Shown: positions 7,007 through 14,621, counted from the stretch's first letter. The stretch: DNA of 32,000 nt from Candidatus Saccharimonadota bacterium (GCA_016699205.1 CP064964.1:540001-572000), one strand, 5' to 3'. Notes: a model not told the origin generated them from the sequence alone. Program-made: numbers and translations.

Positions 7007-7969
7007 ATGAAACACCCTGGTCTTGAAGCGCAGCACTGGATCGTCACGGAGGAATCCGCTGGCGACCGTTTGGATGTCTTTTTGACAGCCAACCTTTTGG
7101 ATATCACGCGCTCGGCGATCAAGAACGGCATCAAAAATGGCCATGTGATGGTGAATGGTAAAAAGCCGACGGTTCATCGATTTTTAAAAGAAGGAGACCG
7201 CATCGACTACGTGCCATTGGAAGAAGTGAAAAAGAATCCCTTTGTTCCAAAAGACGGCGGGCCGATGCCGGAGTTGGAAGATTTGATTATTGAAGAAACC
7301 AAAGACTGGATCGTGATCGATAAGCCGACGGGGCTTTTGGTGCATCCTGATGCCAAACATAAGACGGGAACATTGGTTGATTTGCTCATGAAGCATGATC
7401 CAAAGATCGCCAAGGTTGGCGAGGATCCGTCGCGTCCGGGTATTGTGCATCGCTTGGACCGCGAGGTGAGCGGACTTATGGTGATCGCCAAGACGCAGGA
7501 AGCTTTTGACTCGTTCAAGACGCAGTTTTCATCGCGTAAATCGCAGAAGCATTATTTGGCTTTTGTGTACGGAGAAATGCCGGCGGAAGAGGGTGATATC
7601 AAATTCCGCATTGCACGATCGAGCAGCAAGCCGCGTATGGCCGCGCGACCGGTGAATGAAGAGGAAGGCAAGGCCGCATGGACGCATTACACGGTTCGCG
7701 AGCGATTTACGAATGCGACATTGGTGGATGTCGAGATTCTTTCCGGACGTACCCATCAAATCCGTGCCCACTTACAAGCGATGCGCTGTCCGATTATCGG
7801 CGACTCGCTGTATGCGCTGAAGAAAGTCGATCGTAACTTGAAGGCACCGCGACTTATGCTGCAGAGTGTCGATCTCTCCTTTACAGATCCATCGACAGGA
7901 GACGCCAAGCGTTTTACTCTGGAGCCAGATCCTGCCTTTGAGCAGGTACGACAAATGCTTATCGCGTAA
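7007..7969 (+). CDS. rluD: RluA-family 23S rRNA pseudouridine synthase with N-terminal S4 domain (RluD-like)
   Basis: The S4-like region is DRLDVFLTANLLDITRSAIKNGIKNGHVMVNGKK. The catalytic motif is GIVHRLDREVSGLMVIAKT, and GRTHQIRAHL is also present. The start is placed at ATG 7007, after the upstream hairpin. Confidence 0.85.
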   Translation: MKHPGLEAQHWIVTEESAGDRLDVFLTANLLDITRSAIKNGIKNGHVMVNGKKPTVHRFLKEGDRIDYVPLEEVKKNPFVPKDGGPMPELEDLIIEETKDWIVIDKPTGLLVHPDAKHKTGTLVDLLMKHDPKIAKVGEDPSRPGIVHRLDREVSGLMVIAKTQEAFDSFKTQFSSRKSQKHYLAFVYGEMPAEEGDIKFRIARSSSKPRMAARPVNEEEGKAAWTHYTVRERFTNATLVDVEILSGRTHQIRAHLQAMRCPIIGDSLYALKKVDRNLKAPRLMLQSVDLSFTDPSTGDAKRFTLEPDPAFEQVRQMLIA

Positions 7970-7973
7970 CACT

Positions 7974-8531
7974 ATGATCATTACCATCTCTGGAGTACCC
8001 GGTTCCGGCAAGACAAGCGTCGCCAAGATCTTGTCCGAGAAACTCAGTATGCCGTATTACTCCATGGGTGGTTTGCGCGCCAAGTTAGCCGAGGAACGCA
8101 AAATCAGTATTGATGAATTGAACGCGATCGGCGAGATTGATCCGACAACGGATACGAGCGTTGACGAGTATCAGCGCACACTTGGAAAAACAACCGATAA
8201 TTTTATCGTCGAAGGACGCTTGAGCTGGCATTTTATCCCGCATTCGATCAAGATTTTCTTGTCATGCGATTTGGATGAAGCCGCCAAGCGTATTTTTGAT
8301 GCCCGACAACATACCAAGAGCCGAGAGGACGAGGCTTTGTACCGGAATGTTGAGGAAACGAGACGCGCGATCGAGGAAAGGACGGCTTCTGATGTACGCC
8401 GCTATGCCTCGATTTATGGCGTCGATTATCGCGATCAGAGCCATTACGATCTTGTCATCGATACAACCAAATTAAGCAGTCCTGAGGAGACGGCAAATGT
8501 GATCCTGGAGCAAATCAAGGCAAAGCGCTAA
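7974..8531 (+). CDS. cmk: Cytidylate kinase, archaeal-type / AAA-family nucleotide kinase (185 aa)
   Basis: The product starts MIITISGVPGSGKTSVAKILSEKLSMPYYSMGGLRAKLAEE (P-loop). The start is at 7974, 5 nt after the rluD stop. The track ORF from 7866 overlaps rluD. Confidence 0.75.
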   Translation: MIITISGVPGSGKTSVAKILSEKLSMPYYSMGGLRAKLAEERKISIDELNAIGEIDPTTDTSVDEYQRTLGKTTDNFIVEGRLSWHFIPHSIKIFLSCDLDEAAKRIFDARQHTKSREDEALYRNVEETRRAIEERTASDVRRYASIYGVDYRDQSHYDLVIDTTKLSSPEETANVILEQIKAKR

Positions 8532-8543
8532 ACTGTCGGGATT

Positions 8544-9428
8544 ATGAAGTCGACATTACGCGCGCTGCTTTCCGTCTTCGCTGTCGGATTGAGTTTTTGG
8601 GTGGGTAGTATGGTCGTTCACGCGGCTCCGGCCGTGGAGCCGAGCTTGTCGACGATCAGCGTTGATAAGGTATCTGCGAAGGCTGACGGCATCGATCAGA
8701 TCCGCGTGAATGTCACGATCAAAAATGCGAATTTCATCGGCGTTGAGAATGCCGATGTTGCGCTCGTATCATCTCGCGGAGCCTTGGATGAAATCTCCCC
8801 TGCTACAGCCAAGACATCGATTACCGGACGCGCCTCGTTTTACGTGAAGTCGTTAAAGAATGGCAGCGCGACCTTGTCTGTCATGCTTAATGGAGCAGCG
8901 TTTCCCAAGAGCGTGAATATTACTTTTGCCGATGGGATCGCTTTAGCCTTGAGTGTTGGCGACTTGATCAAGATTCCGGATGATAATGATGCGAGCACGC
9001 AGCCGGATAGTGCGGTTTACTACTACGCATCCAATGGAAAGCGCTATGTGTTTCCAAATGAAAAGGTTTACTTGAGCTGGTATCCGGATTTTGGAACCGT
9101 GAAGTCGATTCCGATTGATCAAATGTCATTGATTCCGATTGGCGGGAATATCACGTATCGACCTGGCGCCAAGATGGTGAAGTTTCAAACGGATACCAAG
9201 ACTTACTTACCGACAAAAGGCGGAATTTTGCGCTGGGTGCAGACAGAAGAAGTAGCCCGCGGATACTTTGGCACCAACTGGAATCAGCACGTGGATGATA
9301 TTTCTGAAGCGTTCTACGTGAATTACAAATTTGGCGAGCCGATCGGTAGCCCACTCGATCTCTCGCTGCCGATTGTTCAGAGCTCGGTTAACTCGATCAA
9401 TGTCCACCTTGGGCTTGGAGCTCCATAG
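8544..9428 (+). CDS. Secreted protein with a bacterial Ig-like (Big_1/invasin-type) domain
   Basis: The signal peptide is MKSTLRALLSVFAVGLSFWVGSMVVHA. The Ig-like stretch is LSTISVDKVSAKADGIDQIRVNVTIKN...ITGRASFYVKSLKNGSATLSV. Confidence 0.7.
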   Translation: MKSTLRALLSVFAVGLSFWVGSMVVHAAPAVEPSLSTISVDKVSAKADGIDQIRVNVTIKNANFIGVENADVALVSSRGALDEISPATAKTSITGRASFYVKSLKNGSATLSVMLNGAAFPKSVNITFADGIALALSVGDLIKIPDDNDASTQPDSAVYYYASNGKRYVFPNEKVYLSWYPDFGTVKSIPIDQMSLIPIGGNITYRPGAKMVKFQTDTKTYLPTKGGILRWVQTEEVARGYFGTNWNQHVDDISEAFYVNYKFGEPIGSPLDLSLPIVQSSVNSINVHLGLGAP

Positions 9429-9438
9429 TCACGCATCA

Positions 9439-9479
9439 TAATCATAAAACGCTCCCGGTCCGGGAGCGTTTTATGATTA
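9439..9479. terminator. Bidirectional terminator (20-bp perfect stem)
   Basis: TAATCATAAAACGCTCCCGG-T-CCGGGAGCGTTTTATGATTA lies between convergent genes. Confidence 0.8.
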
Positions 9480-9505
9480 CTCTGATTATGTTTTATGTTG
9501 CGTGA

Positions 9506-9865
9506 CTATGCCGTCTTGAGCTTCACCTCTTTGATTTCCTTCATGCGCTTGGAGCTCTTGCGGACGTACTCAATGCTCTTCTTGCGAGCCTTTACCTTTT
9601 TGACGAGTTCGATGCGAGAGATCGATGGGAGCAACATCGGGAAGATCTTTTCTACGCCGACGCCGGAAGCGATCTTGCGGACCGTCATGGTTTTGGCGTG
9701 GGCGCCGCCACCGAGGTTGATGACAAGGCCTTCGTAAACCTGAACACGCTCCTTCTCTTCTCCGGAAGGGCTGACGTCCTTAATTTTCTGGTGCACGCGG
9801 ATGGTCATGCCGGACTCGACTTGCGAGGGCTTGATATCGACGGGCAGGGTTACGAGTTCAGACAT
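9506..9865 (-). CDS. rplS: 50S ribosomal protein L19
   Basis: The product contains ...GMTIRVHQKIKDVSPSGEEKERVQVYEGLVINLGGGAHAKTMTVRKIASGVGVEKIFPMLLPSISRIELVKK..., matching the L19 core (FEG.VI...G.G...TFTVRKI..GVGVE..FP..SP.I..IEV). Confidence 0.9.
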   Translation of the reverse strand: MSELVTLPVDIKPSQVESGMTIRVHQKIKDVSPSGEEKERVQVYEGLVINLGGGAHAKTMTVRKIASGVGVEKIFPMLLPSISRIELVKKVKARKKSIEYVRKSSKRMKEIKEVKLKTA

Positions 9866-9891
9866 AAAAATGAGGGTTAGGAATGGCCCAA

Positions 9892-9920
9892 AGATTAGCC
9901 AAAAGCCGTTAAAACGTCAA
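9892..9920 (-). promoter_or_regulatory. rplS promoter
   Basis: On the minus strand: TTGACG (9920-9915), a 17-nt spacer, then TAATCT (9897-9892). It abuts hairpin 9921-9952. Confidence 0.55.
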
Positions 9921-9952
9921 GGCCCCCGCTCCGAGTGATCGGGGCGGGGGCT
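9921..9952 (-). repeat. Island junction hairpin J5 (after cassette A)
   Basis: The minus strand reads AGCCCCCGC-CCCGATCACTCGGA-GCGGGGGCC. The 30-nt core GCCCCCGCTCCGAGTGATCGGGGCGGGGGC is identical to that of the hairpin at 10719-10750; only the last flanking base differs (C here, T there). Confidence 0.8.
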
Positions 9953-9959
9953 GAGAGAA

Positions 9960-10574
9960 CTACTTCACTTCGCGGAAGGCGACGTAGGCGCAGTCAGCGT
10001 CCCACGCACGGCGGACCTCGCGGTGGAGGCCGAGTTCGCGACGGTTCCCCTTGCGGATGTAGTGGGGTGCGTAGCGATGGAAACCGTCTCTGTCGGCGAG
10101 CCTGTCATCTGACTCAGTGATGAATAGTCTCAAATCTTCAGGGATCGTCGCGTGATCGCCTTCGGGGTTTTGCTGGATCACCCAGGCGATGAAGGCAGCT
10201 GTGTTGCCGATGAAGCCATCCTCGAAGAGACCTCGTACATCGGTAGCTGGTACGAGCTGGCGGCCAGGCTTCCAGATTTGGACCTCGTAGGTCTTGCCGC
10301 GCTCGTCACGAATGAAGCTCCACTTAAGGAGATAGGAACCGAGAGCCCGAGGAGCATCCAGCTGGAGCATCGCCTTCGCCATATTGATTAGAACGGTGGC
10401 GGAGGATACATCGGGAACCGTGATCAGGTCACGTACTTCTTGCTTCCGGCTCTTCTTCGAAGATGCCTTCTTGTACCTGTTGATGAAGCCTTGCGCGTCC
10501 TCGAAGGGCACCTTGCCGGCGACGAGGAGGGCGACGATGGAACCGATCTGTTCTTTGGTGACTTGCTTGTCCAT
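9960..10574 (-). CDS. Island cassette A: hypothetical protein, one copy of the island module (204 aa)
   Basis: The ATG at 10574 is preceded by AAGGAG at a 6-nt spacing (MDKQVTKEQIGSIVALLVAGKVPFEDAQGFINRY...). The C-terminal half reads ...TYEVQIWKPGRQLVPATDVRGLFEDGFIGNTAAFIAWVIQQNPEG...RRELGLHREVRRAWDADCAYVAFREVK*. The track ORF to 10664 reads through the leader. Confidence 0.7.
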   Translation of the reverse strand: MDKQVTKEQIGSIVALLVAGKVPFEDAQGFINRYKKASSKKSRKQEVRDLITVPDVSSATVLINMAKAMLQLDAPRALGSYLLKWSFIRDERGKTYEVQIWKPGRQLVPATDVRGLFEDGFIGNTAAFIAWVIQQNPEGDHATIPEDLRLFITESDDRLADRDGFHRYAPHYIRKGNRRELGLHREVRRAWDADCAYVAFREVK

Positions 10575-10680
10575 GGAACGCTCCTTGGAATCCGTCTGTT
10601 TCCGCTGCTGCGACAAATCGCTTCTGCGGGTTGTTCGGATTTGTGGGAGAGCCGTGATCCGCACGGCGCGGTGAGAATTT
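10556..10680 (-). repeat. 125-bp repeat copy 1: leader + RBS + first 6 codons (MDKQVT)
   Basis: It matches 11822-11946 with 5 mismatches in 125 nt, aligned by eye. Confidence 0.9.
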
Positions 10681-10701
10681 AATACATGAATAATTGGGTT
10701 T

Positions 10702-10750
10702 TGTCAACGGATACAGCAAGCCCCCGCTCCGAGTGATCGGGGCGGGGGCT
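10702..10750 (-). repeat. Junction module J4: hairpin + GCTGTATCCG + TTGACA (-35 of cassette A)
   Basis: The minus strand reads AGCCCCCGCCCCGATCACTCGGAGCGGGGGCT-TGCTGTATCCG-TTGACA. It starts 9 nt after the stop of cassette B. Confidence 0.8.
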
Positions 10751-10758
10751 GGCGAGGG

Positions 10759-11808
10759 TTACTTGCGGATGAGGAGGATGCGGCTGTTGTTGTCGAGCTC
10801 GAGGCCGGCCCAACTACAACACAATACGCGTTCAAGGCTTTCTTCACCCAGTGACGTAACAAACGACTGACCGCTACGATCCCTGTACGAGCCGAGCGTC
10901 GACGAGCCGAGAGCGTAGATCCAGTTCTTACGCTGGAGTTCCGGCTCAGCATTTGCGAACTCGACGGCTTCGACATGGATCGCGAAGCGGTAACCGAGGC
11001 GATCGTAGTGCTCGAAGAGATCGTCCTCGATCGTGTGGATCCGCTTACCGAGGAAGTCGGCTGGGATCTCCGCGACCAAGAACTCGCGCTCGCCCGGGGT
11101 CTCGTCGATCGTGGCGCAGGACTTGTGACGGGTCCACGCGCGACCGTCGAATAGATTGTGGTAGACCTTTGAGAACATCTTCTTGAGCGTGGCGACATCC
11201 GGGAGCGGAGTGTATGTGACGAGGAGGCGGTAGTGGTTGGGTTCGAGGTTGTCGCTGTTTTGCAAGCTGGGTTTGCGCACGGCGAGGAAACGGCAGCTCG
11301 CAGTCCACGGGTCTGGACCGCCGAAACAGCCCATGAGGAGGTTGCGACCACCATCCAAGTACGGCAAGTAGAGGTAGTCGGCGTCGTCCCGGCAGACCGA
11401 ACCGAAAGCAGCGATCGGGTAGTTGCGCCGCTCATCGGGGTACTGCTTGGCTAAGGCCAGCAGCTCCTCGTAGAGAGCGGGGCGCAGTCCCTGACGGTCG
11501 AGCTCGGCGAGGATCGCGTCTGTGTCCAACCTCTTGTCCAGATGCACGAGCTCGAACTCAATCTCGCGGGTCTCCGTCGATACTTCCTTGCAGACGTCGA
11601 TCGGCTTGAACTCCGCGTTCTCGTAGCCTTCGTACACATAGTTGAAATCCTTCTTGAGGTCGGCGTATGAGGGCTGATTGTAGATGACCTCGGCGCGGAA
11701 GCCTGGGGCATAGCTCGGCTCGCGGGACTTCTCCATGATCTCCACCCCTCCTTCGATGATCGCCTGCGCATGGTTGTGAACGATCGCACCTTTGGCGAGC
11801 ATGTTCAC
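10759..11808 (-). CDS. Island cassette B: hypothetical protein with two island modules (349 aa from GTG 11808; the true N-terminus is probably the frameshifted MDKQVT start at 11840)
   Basis: Module 1 reads ...EIEFELVHLDKRLDTDAILAELDRQGLRPALYEELLALAKQYPDERRNYPIAAFGSV...CRFLAVRK. Module 2 reads ...WTRHKSCATIDETPGEREFLVAEIP...LGYRFAIHVEAVEFANAEPELQRKNWIYALGSS...SRILLIRK*. Confidence 0.75.
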   Translation of the reverse strand: MNMLAKGAIVHNHAQAIIEGGVEIMEKSREPSYAPGFRAEVIYNQPSYADLKKDFNYVYEGYENAEFKPIDVCKEVSTETREIEFELVHLDKRLDTDAILAELDRQGLRPALYEELLALAKQYPDERRNYPIAAFGSVCRDDADYLYLPYLDGGRNLLMGCFGGPDPWTASCRFLAVRKPSLQNSDNLEPNHYRLLVTYTPLPDVATLKKMFSKVYHNLFDGRAWTRHKSCATIDETPGEREFLVAEIPADFLGKRIHTIEDDLFEHYDRLGYRFAIHVEAVEFANAEPELQRKNWIYALGSSTLGSYRDRSGQSFVTSLGEESLERVLCCSWAGLELDNNSRILLIRK

Positions 11809-11840
11809 GATCTCTGCTGTCTGGTGACTTGCTTGTCCAT
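11805..11840 (-). other. 11-codon ORF MDKQVTRQQRS* overlapping the GTG of cassette B (remnant of its original 5' end)
   Basis: It has the same AAGGAG-N6-ATG GAC AAG CAA GTC ACC start as cassette A. Its TGA overlaps the GTG of cassette B (GTGA). Confidence 0.6.
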
Positions 11841-11946
11841 GGAACGCTCCTTGGAATCCGTCTGTTTCCGCTGCTGCGACGAATCGCTTCTGCGGGTTAT
11901 TCGGATTTGTTGGAGAGCCGTGATCCGCACGGCGCGGTGAAGATTT
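11822..11946 (-). repeat. 125-bp repeat copy 2: leader + RBS + MDKQVT
   Basis: See 10556-10680. Confidence 0.9.
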
Positions 11947-11967
11947 CTTATATCAAAATATGCATTT

Positions 11968-12016
11968 TGTCAACGGATACAGCGAGCCCCCGCACCGAAG
12001 GAATCGGGGCGGGGCT
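11968..12016 (-). repeat. Junction module J3: hairpin + GCTGTATCCG + TTGACA (-35 of cassette B)
   Basis: The minus strand reads AGCCCCGCCCCGATTCCTTCGGTGCGGGGGCT-CGCTGTATCCG-TTGACA-AAATGCATATTTTGATATAAG. Confidence 0.8.
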
Positions 12017-12023
12017 GTAGGGG

Positions 12024-13103
12024 CTAGTTGCGGACGAGGAGGAGGCGATCCATCTCGTCCAGTTTGCTCTCGTACATCTCACTGCTGATTGCAACGGAAT
12101 ACATGCGGGCAGGAGGTGTCGGGTCCGGGAAGAAGCTGAGTTCCATCACGTGGATTCCTCCGACGCCGTGCGAGTACGTGGAGGGGTCGACTTCCACCGA
12201 GGAACCGAGGGTGAGAATTCTTCTGTAGTGATGGAGAAGCGTCGAGCGCTTTTTGATGAATTCGAATGCCTCTGTCTCGATCGCAAAGCGATAGCCCTCA
12301 CGATCGAAGTGGGCAGCGAGCTCATTCCAAGCTTGTTGGATGCTCTGTCCGTGAAACACCTCGGGAAGCTTTGCCAAGCGGAGCACGCGCTCACCGGGAG
12401 TCGTGTCGACAGCTGAGCAAGAGCTGTGACGCTCCCACCTGCATCCATCAAACGCAGGCGAAACGACGGGATTATCCTCGTCGAAAGAGTCTTCGGAAAG
12501 TCTCAGCAACGCCGATTCTAGTTCGCCGATTCCCGGGAGCGGTTCATAGCCGAGCTGCATCCGGTAATGCATCGACGGCGCCGCTCCGATTCTGAGCGCG
12601 AGATCGGCATCCGTCATACGGACGAGCAGCACGCTTTCGACGCCCACTTCCTCACTCCACTCATCGACCAAGTAGCGACCATCTCCATTCTCGCCAATGC
12701 TCGCTACGTAACAATAGGTGCCATGAATGAATGACGAGCCGAGTGCGGTGACGTGCTCTACCCACGCCGTACTTGGGCAAGTCACTGCAAACTCAATTAG
12801 CTCTCCAACGACAGCAAAGCGGAAACCGAGCTTCTCGTAATACGACGAAAGCCAGCTCCACTCCATGCGCTCATCGTCCGCTTGCTCCGAGAACTCCTTG
12901 GGGACATCCGCGATCCAGAAATCGCGCTCACCCGGCGTTTCATCGACTCGCTCGCAGGAGTTGTGCCGCTCCCACAGCCGAAAGTCGTCCTCGGAAAACC
13001 ATTCCGAGATCGCCTCTTCGGGAAGCAGCTTCTTGAGCTCTGCCAACGCTGGGAGCGGATTGTAGCTCACGAAGATCCGAAAGCGCTTTTCTTCTGTTGT
13101 CAC
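12024..13103 (-). CDS. Island cassette C: hypothetical protein with two tandem island modules (359 aa)
   Basis: The GTG start at 13103 follows GAGGTG. Module 1 reads FRIFVSYNPLPALAELKKLL...WERHNSCERVDETPGERDFWIADVP...LGFRFAVVGELIEFAV...VTALGSS...SVLLVRM. Module 2 reads YRMQLGYEPLPGIGELESALL...WERHSSCSAVDTTPGERVLRLAKLP...EGYRFAIETEAFEFIKK...ILTLGSS...DRLLLVRN*. Confidence 0.8.
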   Translation of the reverse strand: MTTEEKRFRIFVSYNPLPALAELKKLLPEEAISEWFSEDDFRLWERHNSCERVDETPGERDFWIADVPKEFSEQADDERMEWSWLSSYYEKLGFRFAVVGELIEFAVTCPSTAWVEHVTALGSSFIHGTYCYVASIGENGDGRYLVDEWSEEVGVESVLLVRMTDADLALRIGAAPSMHYRMQLGYEPLPGIGELESALLRLSEDSFDEDNPVVSPAFDGCRWERHSSCSAVDTTPGERVLRLAKLPEVFHGQSIQQAWNELAAHFDREGYRFAIETEAFEFIKKRSTLLHHYRRILTLGSSVEVDPSTYSHGVGGIHVMELSFFPDPTPPARMYSVAISSEMYESKLDEMDRLLLVRN

Positions 13104-13142
13104 AGAACACCTCGTGCTTTATTTATATCAAAATAGGCATTT

Positions 13143-13191
13143 TGTCAACGGATACAGCAAGCCCCCGCTCCAAGTAATCAGGGCGGGGGCT
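13143..13191 (-). repeat. Junction module J2: hairpin + GCTGTATCCG + TTGACA (-35 of cassette C)
   Basis: The minus strand reads AGCCCCCGCCCTGATTACTTGGAGCGGGGGCT-TGCTGTATCCG-TTGACA-AAATGCCTATTTTGATATAAA. Confidence 0.8.
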
Positions 13192-13198
13192 GGAGAGG

Positions 13199-13927
13199 TC
13201 AGACTGGCTCATGGATAAGTAGAAGGGCGTAATTCCACTTTCGCATACTAATTGCACGCAGAGAACGATCTCTGAAGGGTTCGTGCGCATACGTAACGCG
13301 CAAAGCGCGATCGTACCCCTTGTTCCGCATCGTCAGGTACATGAAACTACGTTGGCCGTTGCCGTCACAAACAGAAGTTCCAAGAGGAAAAATTCTGTGG
13401 GCGCGCTGGAGATGAGGCTGGGCTTGCGAGAACTTGATCGCTTCTACCAAGTTCGCAAACCGGTATCCCTTACATTCGAAGCACTTTCTCAGCCCCTCTT
13501 CTCTTTCCTGATAGATATCCGCCTCTCTCAGGAGCGGCGTGTTATCGATCACATCCCTCGTTACGATGAACTCACTTGGAACTTGCACGACCAAGAAGTC
13601 ACGTTCACCAGGTGTCTCATCGATCGTCTCATGATCGATCCAGTCAAGCCGCTTGAGCACCCTTGAGACGCTGTGCTTTCCAGAAAACATCTGCTCTAGA
13701 GCTTCGAAATCCGTTGGCTTGCTGTAGTCGACATGAATTCGATAGTGCTTGCCCTCGAGAAGCGGCGGGCTCTCTCGTGTGGGTAGCTCGCCTCCCTCGA
13801 TCAGAGCTTGCAAGCCCTTAAGCGCGACATCGATAGGAACCGATCCTTCGCGCACTCGGCGGAAGAGGTCGTGGTATCGGCGGGCTAATTGACCGAGCTG
13901 TTCGTCGGAGACATCGCGAGACGTCAT
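13199..13927 (-). CDS. Island cassette D: hypothetical protein, one island module plus a helical N-terminal region (242 aa)
   Basis: AAGGAGG lies 7 nt before the ATG at 13927. The product reads ...HYRIHVDYSKPTDFEALEQMF...IDHETIDETPGERDFLVVQVP...KGYRFANLVEAIKFSQAQPHLQRAHRIFPLGTS...YALLLIHEPV*. The N-terminus (EQLGQLARRY...VPIDVALKGLQALIEGG) resembles the N-termini of A and B. Confidence 0.8.
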   Translation of the reverse strand: MTSRDVSDEQLGQLARRYHDLFRRVREGSVPIDVALKGLQALIEGGELPTRESPPLLEGKHYRIHVDYSKPTDFEALEQMFSGKHSVSRVLKRLDWIDHETIDETPGERDFLVVQVPSEFIVTRDVIDNTPLLREADIYQEREEGLRKCFECKGYRFANLVEAIKFSQAQPHLQRAHRIFPLGTSVCDGNGQRSFMYLTMRNKGYDRALRVTYAHEPFRDRSLRAISMRKWNYALLLIHEPV

Positions 13928-14015
13928 GACAAACCTCCTTGTGATGGAACAAGTCCTTCTGTGACACAGAATGCGTCTTGATGGACGGCGTTTATTTATA
14001 TCAAAATAGGCGTCT

Positions 14016-14064
14016 TGTCAACGGATACAGCAAGCCCCCGCGCCGAAGGAATCGGGCGGGGGCG
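14016..14064 (-). repeat. Junction module J1: hairpin + GCTGTATCCG + TTGACA (-35 of cassette D)
   Basis: The minus strand reads CGCCCCCGCCCGATTCCTTCGGCGCGGGGGCT-TGCTGTATCCG-TTGACA-AGACGCCTATTTTGATATAAA. Confidence 0.8.
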
Positions 14065-14069
14065 GTTGA

Positions 14070-14573
14070 TCAGATCTTCACGAAAAGATATCGGTGATTG
14101 GGACGGCATGCCGAGTCGGCCCCAGTATAGACCAATCCACGGAATGGGGTCTTGAGCCCTTCGTGCTGCTTCACTGTGAAGTAGAGATGAATTGTCTTGT
14201 CCGCGGTGTCTCGATGGTTCCGGAAGGTACCTAGATCGACGATGCGATCATAGTCCTCCGTGATAGGGATATCGGGTCGCGCGAGAAAGAAGGCATTTCG
14301 CTCCGATGGGAATGCTACTCGGCAACCGTTGGACATTGCCCACTCGAGGACTTCTGCATCGGTACTCCGCATGGGTTCATCCTTCGCGAACTCCTTGAGA
14401 ACGAAGTCGATCTCCCCTTTCTTCGGACGAAAATCCTTAAGTGACTCATGAAGCTCCCAGCCTTCTGTCAACGACATGCCTTCCGACACATAGATCTTCA
14501 GTGACTCGAGCATCACCTCCCCCAACAAGGACATATCGACACGGAAATACTGTTCTGACTGGTTCTTGCTCAC
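14070..14573 (-). CDS. Island cassette E: hypothetical protein, a divergent island module (167 aa)
   Basis: GGAGG lies 4 nt before the GTG at 14573. The product reads ...GEIDFVLKEFAKDEPMRSTDAEVLEWAMSNGCRVAFPSERNAFFLARPDI...RIVDLGT...HRYLFVKI*. Confidence 0.7.
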   Translation of the reverse strand: MSKNQSEQYFRVDMSLLGEVMLESLKIYVSEGMSLTEGWELHESLKDFRPKKGEIDFVLKEFAKDEPMRSTDAEVLEWAMSNGCRVAFPSERNAFFLARPDIPITEDYDRIVDLGTFRNHRDTADKTIHLYFTVKQHEGLKTPFRGLVYTGADSACRPNHRYLFVKI

Positions 14574-14580
14574 GTTACCT

Positions 14581-14612
14581 CCAAAACAAAACTGGCATAT
14601 AAAGCCAGTTTT
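14581..14612 (-). terminator. Probable original uvrA terminator, now downstream of the uvrA 3' remnant
   Basis: The minus strand reads AAAACTGGC-TTTATAT-GCCAGTTTT-GTTTTGG, starting 9 nt after the remnant stop codon. Confidence 0.6.
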
Positions 14613-14621
14613 GTCAATCCC

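Noticed and set aside
10704-11435. A 243-aa minus-strand ORF, and similar long off-frame ORFs (11451-11789, 6323-6775, 23500-23775, 23546-23971, 3205-3546, 19286-20002)
   Set aside because: They give low-complexity S/T/R/P/A-rich translations that overlap better-supported genes in another frame. This is the expected artefact of stop-poor GC-rich DNA.
9915-14064. Regularly spaced conserved palindromic repeats, considered as a CRISPR array or as integron attC sites
   Set aside because: The repeats are 0.7-1.3 kb apart and each interval is a full protein-coding gene, so this is not a CRISPR array. As attC candidates they lack the R''/R' core sites: GTTGACA does not fit GTTRRRY, and there is no RYYYAAC partner. 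Four cassettes (A-D) bring their own promoter. No integrase is present in the window.
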